The position numbers were made by a program, and so were the translations under genes. A stretch of DNA of 64,000 nucleotides from Deltaproteobacteria bacterium (GTDB lineage Bacteria; Desulfobacterota; Binatia; Binatales; Binataceae), in NCBI GenBank assembly GCA_021799495.1, contig JAJZAI010000008.1:21389-85388 (forward strand), in the 5' to 3' direction. This document shows positions 1 through 9,091 of this stretch, in pieces (within the stretch, counting starts at the first letter, position 1; every line of letters starts with the position of its first letter). Below the pieces are notes generated by a model that was given only the letters and a program-made list of their open reading frames with translations, ran no database searches and was not told where the DNA came from.

Positions 1-171
1 GCGCTCCGCGCCGGAAATTTCATAGGGGCTCAGATGGAACGGGTAGCCGCGCACACGGACGGCGACGTCGTCATATTCCTCGATCACGCCGACAAAGAAG
101 CGGGTGTTGTCGTCTTTGAAGAGTTTGCGATCAACGATCAAAACGCGATCGCCGTCTTTGAGCGCCGGCAT
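1..171 (-). CDS. Hypothetical protein, 5' part only (runs off the left edge)
   Basis: Not in the ORF track. ATG at 171 follows a GGGGAGGG Shine-Dalgarno-like motif; the open frame reads MPALKDGDRVLIVDRKLFKDDNTRFFVGVIEEYDDVAVRVRGYPFHLSPYEISGAER with protein-like composition. Confidence 0.7.
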   Translation of the reverse strand, partial: MPALKDGDRVLIVDRKLFKDDNTRFFVGVIEEYDDVAVRVRGYPFHLSPYEISGAER

Positions 172-256
172 GCACAACCCTCCCCGTTTCGCTAGGCGGC
201 GCGGGCCGCATCCGAATTGTACGCATCCGGCAAGGTTAATGCGACGCGCCGCGAGG

Positions 257-1363
257 TCAGGCCGATCGCGCGGAAACCAGGGGCGATCCAGACGCCGCGG
301 CGGCCGGCCGCTCGGGAAAATAGCGCCGCCGCAGCCAGCCGGAGACGTCCACCAGCGCGATCATCACCGGCACTTCGATAAGCGGTCCGATTACGGCGGC
401 GAACGCCTCGCCGCTGCCGATTCCGAACGCGCCGACCGCGACCGCGATCGCCAGCTCGAAATTATTGGAGGCGGCGGTGAAAGAGAGCGTGCAGCAGCGC
501 GGATAGCCCGCGCCTGTCCGCACGCCCATCGCGAACGACACTGCGAACATGATGCCGAAATAGAGCGTGAGCGGAATGGCGACGCGAAGCACGTCAAACG
601 GCAGTTCCACGATCGCGCGGCCGTTGATCGAGAACATCACGACGATCGTGAAGAGCAGCGCGGCGAGCGTGAGCGGCGCGATGCGGGGGATGAATTCCGC
701 GTAATACCAGTCGCGGCCGCGGAGCCGGGTAAGCGCGAGCCAGGTCGCCAGTCCGGCGGCGAACGGCACGCCCAGATAAAGTCCGACGCTCGCCGCAATC
801 TCGCCGATCGTCACATGGACGGCGGCGCCGGCGATGCCGAGCCATCCCGGCACGACCTTGATAAAGAACCACGCGTACAGGGAATAGAAGAGCACCTGGA
901 AAATCGAATTGAAGGCGACAAGGCCGGCGCAATAGTCGGGATCGCCGGCCGCGAGATCGTTCCACACGATCACCATCGCGATACAGCGCGCGAGCCCGAT
1001 CAAAATCAGGCCGACCATGTATTGCGGATGGCCGCGCAGAAAGACCACCGCCAGCGCGAACATCAGAATCGGGCCGATGATCCAGTTCTGGACGAGCGAA
1101 AGCGCAAGGATTTTCCAGTCGCGGAAAACGTCGAACAGTTCGTCGTAACGGACGCGCGCGAGCGGCGGATACATCATAGCGATCAGCCCGGCGGCGATCG
1201 GAATCGAAGTCGTGCCGACGCTCAGCGCGTCGAACAGCCGATGGATTCCCGGAAAGGCGTAGCCGAGCGCGACGCCGGCGGCGATGGCGAGGAAAATCCA
1301 GAGCGTGAGCAGGCGATCGCGCACCGACAACTTGCGGATCACGCCCGCGGCCTGATTATCCAT
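257..1363 (-). CDS. acr3: ACR3-family arsenite efflux transporter
   Basis: Motifs [46 protein letters not shown] and GPLIEVP; about 10 TM segments. Confidence 0.96.
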   Translation of the reverse strand: MDNQAAGVIRKLSVRDRLLTLWIFLAIAAGVALGYAFPGIHRLFDALSVGTTSIPIAAGLIAMMYPPLARVRYDELFDVFRDWKILALSLVQNWIIGPILMFALAVVFLRGHPQYMVGLILIGLARCIAMVIVWNDLAAGDPDYCAGLVAFNSIFQVLFYSLYAWFFIKVVPGWLGIAGAAVHVTIGEIAASVGLYLGVPFAAGLATWLALTRLRGRDWYYAEFIPRIAPLTLAALLFTIVVMFSINGRAIVELPFDVLRVAIPLTLYFGIMFAVSFAMGVRTGAGYPRCCTLSFTAASNNFELAIAVAVGAFGIGSGEAFAAVIGPLIEVPVMIALVDVSGWLRRRYFPERPAAAASGSPLVSARSA

Positions 1364-1420
1364 CGAATGGCTCCAGATAATCGCGGCGCCGATGACGCGC
1401 CGATTCCGGCCGCCGCGGAC

Positions 1421-1939
1421 TCATTCCGATTCTCCATCGGGCGGGCGGCGTGCGCCGATTTCGCGCAGCCGCCGTTCGAGCGCCATGCGGTCCAGCGATT
1501 CGAACGGCAGACTGACGAAAATTTTGATGCGGTTTTCGAGTTCGGTGTAGATGCGCAGAAAGAAGCGGCGGCGCGGTTCATCTTCGCCGACGAACGCGGC
1601 TGGATCGCTGACTCCCCAATGCGCGGTCATCGGCCGCCCGGGCCATACCGGACACATCTCGCCAGCGGCGCGATCGCACACCGTGAAGACGAAATCGAGC
1701 GGCGGAGCGCCGGGCGCGGCGAATTCATCCCAGCTTTTGCTGCGCAGGCCGGAGGTGTCGTAGTTGAGGTCGGCGAGCACCCGCAGCGTCATCGGATTGA
1801 CCGCGCCCGCCGGATGGCTGCCGGCGCTGAAGGCGCGGAACCTGCCTTTACCCCATCGGTTGAGCGCGCATTCGGCCATCACGCTGCGGGCGGAGTTGCC
1901 GGTGCAGAGAAAGAGCGCGTTGAAGACGCGGCCGCTCAT
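1421..1939 (-). CDS. arsC: Arsenate reductase (LMW-PTP/thioredoxin-type fold)
   Basis: LFLCTGNSARS P-loop, SAGSHP, SKSWDEF, TVCD-x5-CPVWPG and AHWG. Start set at ATG 1939, which overlaps the arsR stop (ATGA). Confidence 0.93.
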   Translation of the reverse strand: MSGRVFNALFLCTGNSARSVMAECALNRWGKGRFRAFSAGSHPAGAVNPMTLRVLADLNYDTSGLRSKSWDEFAAPGAPPLDFVFTVCDRAAGEMCPVWPGRPMTAHWGVSDPAAFVGEDEPRRRFFLRIYTELENRIKIFVSLPFESLDRMALERRLREIGARRPPDGESE

Positions 1940-2295
1940 CGGGATTTCGCCGCGCGCCGACGCGCCGGATCCGCGGATGGAGAGCATCCCGCCGGAGCGC
2001 ACAACCCGGGCCGGCCGCCGCAGCAGTTGTGGGTGAGATAATCGACCAGCCCCGCCATCGCGGCGAAGTTGGCGCGGTAGATTATCGAGCGGCTCTGGCG
2101 GCGCGAAGCGGCGAGGCCGGCGAAACGAAGCTGGCTCAGATGGAACGAGAGCGTCGGCGACGGCAGGCCGAGGCGCCGTCCGATCTCGCCCGCGGCGATT
2201 CCTTCGGGGCCGGCCTCGACCAGCAGGCGGAAGATGTCGAGACGCGTATCCTGCGCGAGCGCGCCCAGCCCGGCGATTACGGCCGATTTCTTCAT
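1936..2295 (-). CDS. arsR: ArsR/SmtB-family repressor with C-terminal CC-x6-C site (AfArsR-like)
   Basis: ALAQDTRLDIFRLLV, winged HTH (TLSFHLSQL), C-terminal NCCGGRPGLC; first gene before arsC and acr3. Confidence 0.93.
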   Translation of the reverse strand: MKKSAVIAGLGALAQDTRLDIFRLLVEAGPEGIAAGEIGRRLGLPSPTLSFHLSQLRFAGLAASRRQSRSIIYRANFAAMAGLVDYLTHNCCGGRPGLCAPAGCSPSADPARRRAAKSR

Positions 2296-2331
2296 ATTTC
2301 GATATTTATAAAAGTCTTGTTCGAAAAACAA
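2296..2331 (-). promoter_or_regulatory. Probable arsR promoter/operator, possibly leaderless
   Basis: AT-rich island directly before the ATG; minus strand reads TATAAATATCGAAAT-ATG with no SD; imperfect inverted repeats (TTTCGA 2297-2302 / TCGAAA 2321-2326). Confidence 0.5.
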
Positions 2332-2390
2332 CCGCGGACGGCGGCGTCGCGGACTGGACGCCGCCGGCCGCGGGCGGAATCGCGCGCGCC

Positions 2391-3554
2391 TCAGAGCGCA
2401 GCGTAAAGCGCGTCGAGCAGCGCGCGCGGGCGCGGATCGACGATGATATACGGCCCCATCTTGTTCATCACGTAGCCGAAGCCGATTTTCGCGTCGGGAT
2501 CGGCGAAGCCGAGCGAACCGCCGGCGCCGGGATGGCCGAAGGCGCGCGGGCTTGGGCCGAACGGATCGTCGGGCTTGGTGAGCATGAAGCCGGTGCTGAA
2601 ACGGGTCGTGATCAGCAGCACTTCATCATGGCCGAACGATTCCTCGGTGGAGGCGCGCTGAATCGCCTCGGGCGAAAGCACGCGGACGCCGTCCACTTCG
2701 CCGCCGCGCGCCAGCGCGCCATAAAGCCGGGAGAGCGCGCGAGCGTTGGTATGGCCGTTGGCGGCGGGAATTTCTGCGCCGCGCCAGGCGCGGCCGTTGA
2801 CCACGCCAAGCTTCATCGGCGTGGCGGGATTGTTGAAGGCCCTGGCGGTGACGGAGTCGGGATGCTCCTGCGAATATTTGAAGAGGTTGACGGCGCCGGG
2901 CGGAGGCGGCGGCGACGCGAGCATCGTGGCGCAGCGCGCGTCTTCGCTCGCGGCGAGGCCGATATGGCAATCGATGCCGAGCGGGCCGGCGATTTCGTCG
3001 CGAAAAAAGGCGCCGACGCTTTTGCCCGCGATGCGGCGAATCACCTCGCCGGCCAGCCATCCGATCGTAATCGCGTGGTAGCCGTGGCACGCGCCGGGGG
3101 TCCACCACGGCTCATCGGCGGCGAGCGCGGCGGCCATCCGGTTCCAGTCGTAAATCGCGTCATCGGGGAGCGGCGCGTGGATCGCGGGCAGGCCGGCGCG
3201 ATGGTTGAGCAACTGGCGCACGGTGATGCGCTCTTTGCCGGCCTGGCCGAATTCGGGCCAGTACTTCACGACCGGCGCGTCAAGATCGAGCTCGCCCTGA
3301 TCGACCAGCCGATGCGCGCACATCGCGAGCATCCCCTTGGTCGTGGAGAAGACGTTGACGATCGTGTCGCGGGTCCACGGGCGCGTGCGCTCTTTGTCAG
3401 TATGGCCGGCCCAGATATCGATCACGCCGCGGCCGTCGATCGTCACGGCGAGGGCGGCCCCGTACTCGTTGCGGGCGGCGAAGTTTTCGGCGAAGGCGTC
3501 CTTGACGCGGGCGAAGCGCGGGTCGCAATGGCCCTCGATCGCGAGACTGCTCAT
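2391..3554 (-). CDS. Serine hydrolase, beta-lactamase-fold (family VIII/EstA-like esterase)
   Basis: FSTTK (SxxK), LLNHRAGL, GYHA, EIPAANG and FGHPGAGGS. Start set at ATG 3554. Confidence 0.9.
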   Translation of the reverse strand: MSSLAIEGHCDPRFARVKDAFAENFAARNEYGAALAVTIDGRGVIDIWAGHTDKERTRPWTRDTIVNVFSTTKGMLAMCAHRLVDQGELDLDAPVVKYWPEFGQAGKERITVRQLLNHRAGLPAIHAPLPDDAIYDWNRMAAALAADEPWWTPGACHGYHAITIGWLAGEVIRRIAGKSVGAFFRDEIAGPLGIDCHIGLAASEDARCATMLASPPPPPGAVNLFKYSQEHPDSVTARAFNNPATPMKLGVVNGRAWRGAEIPAANGHTNARALSRLYGALARGGEVDGVRVLSPEAIQRASTEESFGHDEVLLITTRFSTGFMLTKPDDPFGPSPRAFGHPGAGGSLGFADPDAKIGFGYVMNKMGPYIIVDPRPRALLDALYAAL

Positions 3555-3628
3555 GGCTGAACTCCCGGAGAGGATTTGGATGCGGTCATAGCACGCGGCG
3601 GCGCCGCGCCGCCATCGCGCGGACGAAC

Positions 3629-4648
3629 TCAGGCGAGCGCGCCGCCGCAGCTCGATCCGGCTCCGGCGGCGCATCCGAAGCAATGCGATCCGGTGGCGAT
3701 GCGGGCGCCGGCGAGCGCCGAAAAATCTTCGATGTCAAAGATGGTCGGAGCGCGCCCGCCCGCGGCGCCGAGCGGCATCGCGAGCATCTGGTTGAAATCG
3801 CAATCGTAAAGTCCGCCGTCGTAGCCGACGCTCACCAGCGTGCGGCACATCAGCGCTTCGACCGTCGCCGGATTGAAGTGATTCACCAGCAGGCCCATGT
3901 ATTCGGCGGCGCGGCCGAGCCGTTCGAGATCGCGCGCGAAACGGCGAATCGGCATGTTGGCGAGGGTCAGCAAGCGATCGAAGCTGACGCCGAAGGCGCT
4001 GCCCAACTCGTCGCGATAGCGGCGTTCAAGCTCTTCCTGCGCCGGCGGAAGAAACGGGCCGACCGGATTGTAAACGAGATCGAGCGGGAACCGGCCCGCG
4101 CCAAAGCCGAGCCGATTGAGGATGCGGAGCGCCGCGATGCTCGCGTCGAAAACGCCGGGGCCGCGCTGCTTTTCGACGTTCTCGGCGCTGTAGCAGGGCA
4201 GCGAACAGATTAGATGAACGCGCGCGTCGCGATAAAACTCCGGCAACCATTCCATCGCGGGCGCGAACAGCACGGTCAGATTGCAGCGGACGATAACTTC
4301 GCGACCGGCGGCGCGGGCGCTTTCGACAAGGCGGCGGAAGTTCGGATTAAGTTCGGGCGCGCCGCCGGTGAAATCGATCGTGCGGAAAGCGCGATTGGTG
4401 GCGATTATGTCGATCACGCGCGCGGCCGTGGCCGCCGTCATGAGCTCCTTGCGGCCCGGGCCGGCATCGACGTGGCAATGATGGCACGCCTGATTGCAGA
4501 GGCGTCCGACGTTGACCTGCAGAGTCGTCGGCGCGAACCGGCGCAGTGGCGGCAAGCCGTGGCGTGCGAGCGTCGCGCCGAAATCGGCGCGTCCTTCCGG
4601 CGCTGGCGAAGTCCGCAACGGTTTGGCGATGTCGCCGCCGGCCGCCAT
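3629..4648 (-). CDS. arsS: Radical SAM/Cys-rich domain protein (ArsS family)
   Basis: TLQVNVGRLCNQACHHCHVDAGP (CxxxCxxC), SLPCY, LMCR...YDCDFNQ and C-terminal HCFGCAAGAGSSCGG. Confidence 0.85.
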   Translation of the reverse strand: MAAGGDIAKPLRTSPAPEGRADFGATLARHGLPPLRRFAPTTLQVNVGRLCNQACHHCHVDAGPGRKELMTAATAARVIDIIATNRAFRTIDFTGGAPELNPNFRRLVESARAAGREVIVRCNLTVLFAPAMEWLPEFYRDARVHLICSLPCYSAENVEKQRGPGVFDASIAALRILNRLGFGAGRFPLDLVYNPVGPFLPPAQEELERRYRDELGSAFGVSFDRLLTLANMPIRRFARDLERLGRAAEYMGLLVNHFNPATVEALMCRTLVSVGYDGGLYDCDFNQMLAMPLGAAGGRAPTIFDIEDFSALAGARIATGSHCFGCAAGAGSSCGGALA

Positions 4649-4657
4649 CGGCTGCGC

Positions 4658-5851
4658 TCAATAACCTTTCGGCAAACCGAGCAGGCGCTCGGCGATGATG
4701 CTGCGCTGGACCTCGGACGTGCCCTCTTCGATCGTGTTGCCGCGCGCGCGCAGCAGTCCGTATTGCCAGCGGCCGTCGTCAATAGCGTGCCGCGAGCCTT
4801 CGCCGAGCGTGGCGCGCGGCCCCGCGAGCGTCAGCGCGAATTCGTTCATCCGCTGGTTGAGTTCGCTCCACAGGAGTTTCGAAATCGAACCTTCGGGGCC
4901 GGGCATGCCGCCGCGGACAAGGCGCGAGAAATTGCGATAGGCGAGGTACTTCATCGACTCGACCTCGACGTAGAACTGGGCGAGCGTCTGGCGCGCGACC
5001 GCGGGCGGGACGGGACAGCCGCCGGACGCAATCGCGCGGCGCGCCAGTTCGGCGAGATCCTCGAAAACGTTCCGAAAGCGCATCACGGTGGCGAGCGAGA
5101 GCGTGGCGCGCTCGTTCATCAGGGTGGTCAGCGCGACGCCCCATCCGCCGTTCAGCGGACCGAGCAGGTTTTCGCGCGGCACGCGCACGTCGTCGAAGAA
5201 CATCTGGTTGAATTCGGCCTCGCCGGTCATCTGGCGCAGCGGCGCGACCTTGACGCCGGGGCTGTGCATATCGACCAGGATGTAGGAGATGCCGCGATGC
5301 TTCGGCACGTTGGAATCGGTGCGGACCAGCAGCATGCACCAGTCGGCGAGATGGCCGAGCGAGGTCCAGACCTTCTGGCCGTTGATGATGAAATGGTCGC
5401 CGTCGATTACGGCGCGCGTCGCGAGCGCGGCCAAATCGGAACCCGAGCCGGGCTCCGAAAATCCCTGGCACCAGATTTCTTCGCACGAAAGAATTTTCGG
5501 GATGAAGCGTTTTTTCTGCGCTTCCGTGCCGTGTTCGAGGATGGTCGGCGCGCCCATCGAAAGGCCCAGTTCATTGAGCGGCGCGGGGGCGCGCACGCGC
5601 GCCATCTCCTCGTTGAAGATCGCGCATTCGATTAGCGTCAGGCCCTGTCCGCCATATTCTTTAGGCCAGTTGATGCCGAGAAAACCGGCGTCGCAGAGCC
5701 GGCGCTGCCAGTCGGTGAGAATCCTGACCGTGTGCTCGTCGATCGCGAGCGCGAAGCCGCGATCTTTCAGGCCGCGCGGCGCGTTCGCTTCGAGCCAGCG
5801 CCGCGCCTTGGCGCGAAATTCCGCTTCCTTGGGTGTATCGCTCAGGTCCAT
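4658..5851 (-). CDS. Acyl-CoA dehydrogenase family protein
   Basis: WCQGFSEPGSGSDLA, INGQKVWTS, TLMNER and TIEEGTSEVQR. Confidence 0.95.
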   Translation of the reverse strand: MDLSDTPKEAEFRAKARRWLEANAPRGLKDRGFALAIDEHTVRILTDWQRRLCDAGFLGINWPKEYGGQGLTLIECAIFNEEMARVRAPAPLNELGLSMGAPTILEHGTEAQKKRFIPKILSCEEIWCQGFSEPGSGSDLAALATRAVIDGDHFIINGQKVWTSLGHLADWCMLLVRTDSNVPKHRGISYILVDMHSPGVKVAPLRQMTGEAEFNQMFFDDVRVPRENLLGPLNGGWGVALTTLMNERATLSLATVMRFRNVFEDLAELARRAIASGGCPVPPAVARQTLAQFYVEVESMKYLAYRNFSRLVRGGMPGPEGSISKLLWSELNQRMNEFALTLAGPRATLGEGSRHAIDDGRWQYGLLRARGNTIEEGTSEVQRSIIAERLLGLPKGY

Positions 5852-6013
5852 CAGCTCTCCGCCGCGCCGTGTAATCGGCCACAGATATTACTACCGCATA
5901 TCGGGCGGGCGTTGTAGCCGCCGGGTGCGGCGCGGGGAAGCGAATCGCGCTAGACTCTGCGGCGTCGATCAATCGCGCCGCGGGCGGCGGCATGAAAGGA
6001 ATTGGAAGTCGCG

Positions 6014-6628
6014 ATGCTGGGGTTCCGTGCGGAGGATTTTGCGGTTTTCAAAATCGAGGGCTTCAGCGAGCGGATGGAGCGGATTTACGACCGCGTGCGT
6101 CCGCGGCTGATCCGTCTGGGGGGCGAATTGGCGCCGGAACTGGCCCGCACGCAGCATCTGGAGTTCTTCCCGCATGTCGCCAAACATGCGCGCCGCACGG
6201 TCAATCCTCCGCCGGAGACCTGGGTGGCGTTTGGACCGTCGCCGCGCGGATATAAACGATACGGCTACCTTGCGCTATGTATCTCGGCGGCGGGACTGCA
6301 CGCGCGCGCGGTGGTGAAATCGGAGGCGGATCGGCGCGGCGAAATGGCGAATCGGATACGCGAAAGCGCGCCCCGCCTGATCAAAGACTTCAAGGGCGCG
6401 CGCCTCGCCCAATACGACAAATGGAGCTTCAGCGAACTGCCGGCGGGAGAACCCGCATCGGCGTCCGCATTCGGCGCGATGGCGGACGCGCTCGACAAGA
6501 AGACCGGAGGAATAGACGTGGGCTTCGGATGGAACATGCGCGAAGCGATCCGGCTGGATCGCGCGGAAGTAATCGACGCGTTCCGCGAATTGGCGCCGCT
6601 GTATCGAATCCTGCGTTCGGTGGCCTGA
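6014..6628 (+). CDS. DUF1054 (YktB/UPF0637-like) protein
   Basis: F-x3-DFAVF, PHVAKHARRTVNPPPETWVAF and RGYK motifs. Confidence 0.8.
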   Translation: MLGFRAEDFAVFKIEGFSERMERIYDRVRPRLIRLGGELAPELARTQHLEFFPHVAKHARRTVNPPPETWVAFGPSPRGYKRYGYLALCISAAGLHARAVVKSEADRRGEMANRIRESAPRLIKDFKGARLAQYDKWSFSELPAGEPASASAFGAMADALDKKTGGIDVGFGWNMREAIRLDRAEVIDAFRELAPLYRILRSVA

Positions 6629-6650
6629 AGAGGCGCAAGCGAGGGCGGCG

Positions 6651-7643
6651 ATGAGCCGAATCGCAATCCTTGGAGCGGGCGCCTGGGGCACGGCGCTGGC
6701 CGTGACCCTGGCGCGTTCCGGCCGCGAGGTGACGCTCGCGATCCGCCGGCGGGAGCGGCTCGAAGCGATCCGCGCCGCGGCGGAAAACGCGGCGTATCTG
6801 CCCGGCGTCGCGATTCCGCCGAATCTGGCGCTTACCGATAATTGGCGCGCCGCCGCGAACGGCGCGGCGACGCTGGTGATGGCGATACCGTCGCGGATGG
6901 CGCGCGACGCGTTCGCGCCGGTCGTATCCGCGATCGCGCCTGAAGCCACGATCGTCAGCGTAACGAAGGGCGTGGAGCCGGAAACCCTGCTGACGATGAC
7001 GCGGATGATCGCGGAACTGGCCCCGCCGGCGCGCCGGGTGGCGGCGCTGTCGGGACCCGGCTTCGCGGCCGAGGTGGCGCGCGGCAAACCGGCGGCGCTG
7101 GTGGCCGCAGCCGCAGATCCGGAGGTCGCGCGCCGCGTGCAGGGAATTTTCGCGACGCCCACCTTGAGAATCTATCGCAGCGCGGACGTGATCGGCGTCG
7201 AGATGGGCGGCGTAATCAAGAATGTTATCGCCATAGCCGCCGGCATTTCGGACGGGCTTGACCTGGGCTCGAGCGCACGCGCGGCGCTGATCACGCGCGG
7301 ATTGGCCGAGATGTCGCGCCTTGCCGCCGCCGCCGGCGGGCGCGCCGAAACCATGGCCGGATTGGCCGGGCTTGGCGATCTCGTGCTGACCTGCACAGGC
7401 GCGCTGTCGCGCAATCGTGCGCTCGGATTGCGGCTTGCCGCGGGCGCGCCATGGTCGGAAACCGGCGATGACGGGCAGGTCGCGGAAGGCGCCGTGAACG
7501 CGCGAGCGGTCCGGGCGCTGGCCGCGCGGCACAATGTGGAGACGCCGATCGTCGCCGCGGTCTGCAGGGTGCTCTATGAAGCGGCGCCCGCAACCGCTAT
7601 GGTCGAAGAATTGCTTAGCCGCGAGTTAAAGGTGGAATTCTAA
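6651..7643 (+). CDS. gpsA: NAD(P)H-dependent glycerol-3-phosphate dehydrogenase
   Basis: GAGAWGTALA, TKGVE, LSGP, KNVIAIAAG, GLGDLVLTC and SRN. Confidence 0.96.
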   Translation: MSRIAILGAGAWGTALAVTLARSGREVTLAIRRRERLEAIRAAAENAAYLPGVAIPPNLALTDNWRAAANGAATLVMAIPSRMARDAFAPVVSAIAPEATIVSVTKGVEPETLLTMTRMIAELAPPARRVAALSGPGFAAEVARGKPAALVAAAADPEVARRVQGIFATPTLRIYRSADVIGVEMGGVIKNVIAIAAGISDGLDLGSSARAALITRGLAEMSRLAAAAGGRAETMAGLAGLGDLVLTCTGALSRNRALGLRLAAGAPWSETGDDGQVAEGAVNARAVRALAARHNVETPIVAAVCRVLYEAAPATAMVEELLSRELKVEF

Positions 7644-7665
7644 CAGGAGCAAGACGAAAAGGTTC

Positions 7666-7908
7666 ATGCCGAACAAAGGCGCCTGCAAGGCCAACGAATG
7701 CGAACGCGAGGTAATCGCGAAGGGATATTGCCGCAAGCATTATCGCTTGTGGAAAGCGGGCGAAATGCCGAAGACCCGGTACAAGACCTGCACAGGCGAA
7801 AATTGCCGGAAAAAACGCTTCAAAGGAAGCCTGTGCGAGGAGCATTGGACCGCCGCACACGGTAAATCCGCAGCCGCCGAGGCCGCTCCCGCCGCCGCCA
7901 GCGCCTGA
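7666..7908 (+). CDS. Small basic protein with two C-x4-C-x9-C-x2-H putative zinc fingers
   Basis: CKANEC-EREVIAKGY-CRKH and CTGENC-RKKRFKGSL-CEEH, then an Ala-rich tail; purine-rich leader upstream. Confidence 0.8.
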   Translation: MPNKGACKANECEREVIAKGYCRKHYRLWKAGEMPKTRYKTCTGENCRKKRFKGSLCEEHWTAAHGKSAAAEAAPAAASA

Positions 7909-8035
7909 TCTCATTCTGGCGTCCCGGCGCGCGCGAATGGCGGGTCGCGAGCGGCGTGGTTCTTCGATAATTCGCTCTCGAGTCGGGCGTCGCCGGCACA
8001 ATGCCGGCGGCGTTCCAGTTTGGCGAGGAAAAGCT

Positions 8036-8833
8036 ATGGCGAACATTGTCGTGTCGGGCGCGGCTGGACGAATGGGCCGGATGATCGTCTCGCTGATCGC
8101 GCGCGAGCGCGAACATCGCCTGGCCGGCGCGCTCGAGGCTCCCGGAAACGCGACGTTAGGCGCCGACGCCGGGGAAGTCGCGGGCGCGGGCGCGCTCGGC
8201 GTGCGGATTGTCGGGGACTACGCGATGCTGGCCCGGCCGGAGACCGTGACGCTCGATTTCACGAGCGCAAAATCTTCGCTCGAACATCTTGAGATTGCGG
8301 CCGCGAAAGGCGCCGCGATAGTGATCGGTTCGACCGGGTTCACCCCGGAAATGGAGGCGCGGGCGCGCGAGCTTGGGCCGCGCACCCGAACAGTGATCGC
8401 GCCGAACATGAGCGTGGGCGTCAACGTGCTGATGAAAATAGTGGCGGAAGTGGCGCGCACGCTCGCCGATTTCGACGCCGAAGTGCTCGAGATTCACCAT
8501 CGCACAAAAGTCGATGCGCCAAGCGGAACGGCGCTCGCGCTGGGACGGGCGATCGCGGAAGCGCGCTCGGCCGACTTCGGCGCGAATGCGGTTTACGGCC
8601 GCGAAGGCATCACGGGCGTGCGTCCATCCGGCAATATCGCCGTGCTCGCGATGCGCGCGGGCGACGCGGTCGGCGACCATACCGTTATTTTCGGCGGCCA
8701 GGGCGAACGCCTCGAATTGACGCATCGGGCGCAAAGCCGTGAGGCGCTCGCCCGCGGAGCGATCCGGGCGGCGGCGTGGCTTGCCAATCGGCCGAACGGT
8801 CTTTATTCGATGCGCGACGTGCTCGGATTGTGA
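8036..8833 (+). CDS. dapB: 4-hydroxy-tetrahydrodipicolinate reductase
   Basis: GAAGRMG, APNMSVGVN, EIHHRTKVDAPSGTA and GDHTV; GAGGA SD before ATG 8036. Confidence 0.96.
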   Translation: MANIVVSGAAGRMGRMIVSLIAREREHRLAGALEAPGNATLGADAGEVAGAGALGVRIVGDYAMLARPETVTLDFTSAKSSLEHLEIAAAKGAAIVIGSTGFTPEMEARARELGPRTRTVIAPNMSVGVNVLMKIVAEVARTLADFDAEVLEIHHRTKVDAPSGTALALGRAIAEARSADFGANAVYGREGITGVRPSGNIAVLAMRAGDAVGDHTVIFGGQGERLELTHRAQSREALARGAIRAAAWLANRPNGLYSMRDVLGL

Positions 8834-9048
8834 TGCGCGCCGCGAGCCGCGCTCGATAACAGGTTGCGGCAGGCGACCCGCGGCCCGGCCACCGGCAACG
8901 ATCGACATCGCTCAAATGATTTAATCGGTTTGGCCAACCCGCAAACCACGATTCGAGCAAGCGGCGCATCTGGCGAAAGCCGCTTTTAGCCATCTCTTGG
9001 GATTCAACAGAAAATAAATTTGACTGTTGGTTCAATTCTGGTTTCGTG

Positions 9049-9070
9049 ATTTGATTTCGCTGGATCAAAT
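9049..9070 (+). promoter_or_regulatory. Inverted repeat ATTTGAT-N8-ATCAAAT upstream of the XRE regulator (candidate operator)
   Basis: Perfect 7-bp arms in an AT-rich intergenic region, 21 bp before the ATG. A second repeat, CAACAG-N13-CTGTTG, lies at 9005-9029. Confidence 0.4.
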
Positions 9071-9091
9071 ACGATGGATCACAACTGAACC

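Noticed and set aside
3629-3660. Selenocysteine recoding at the ArsS C-terminus
   Set aside because: The relevant position is an ordinary Cys codon, and the stop follows the complete GGALA end.
9051-9068. FNR/CRP box before the XRE gene
   Set aside because: The half-sites are separated by 8 bp, not 4, so it is kept only as a generic palindrome.
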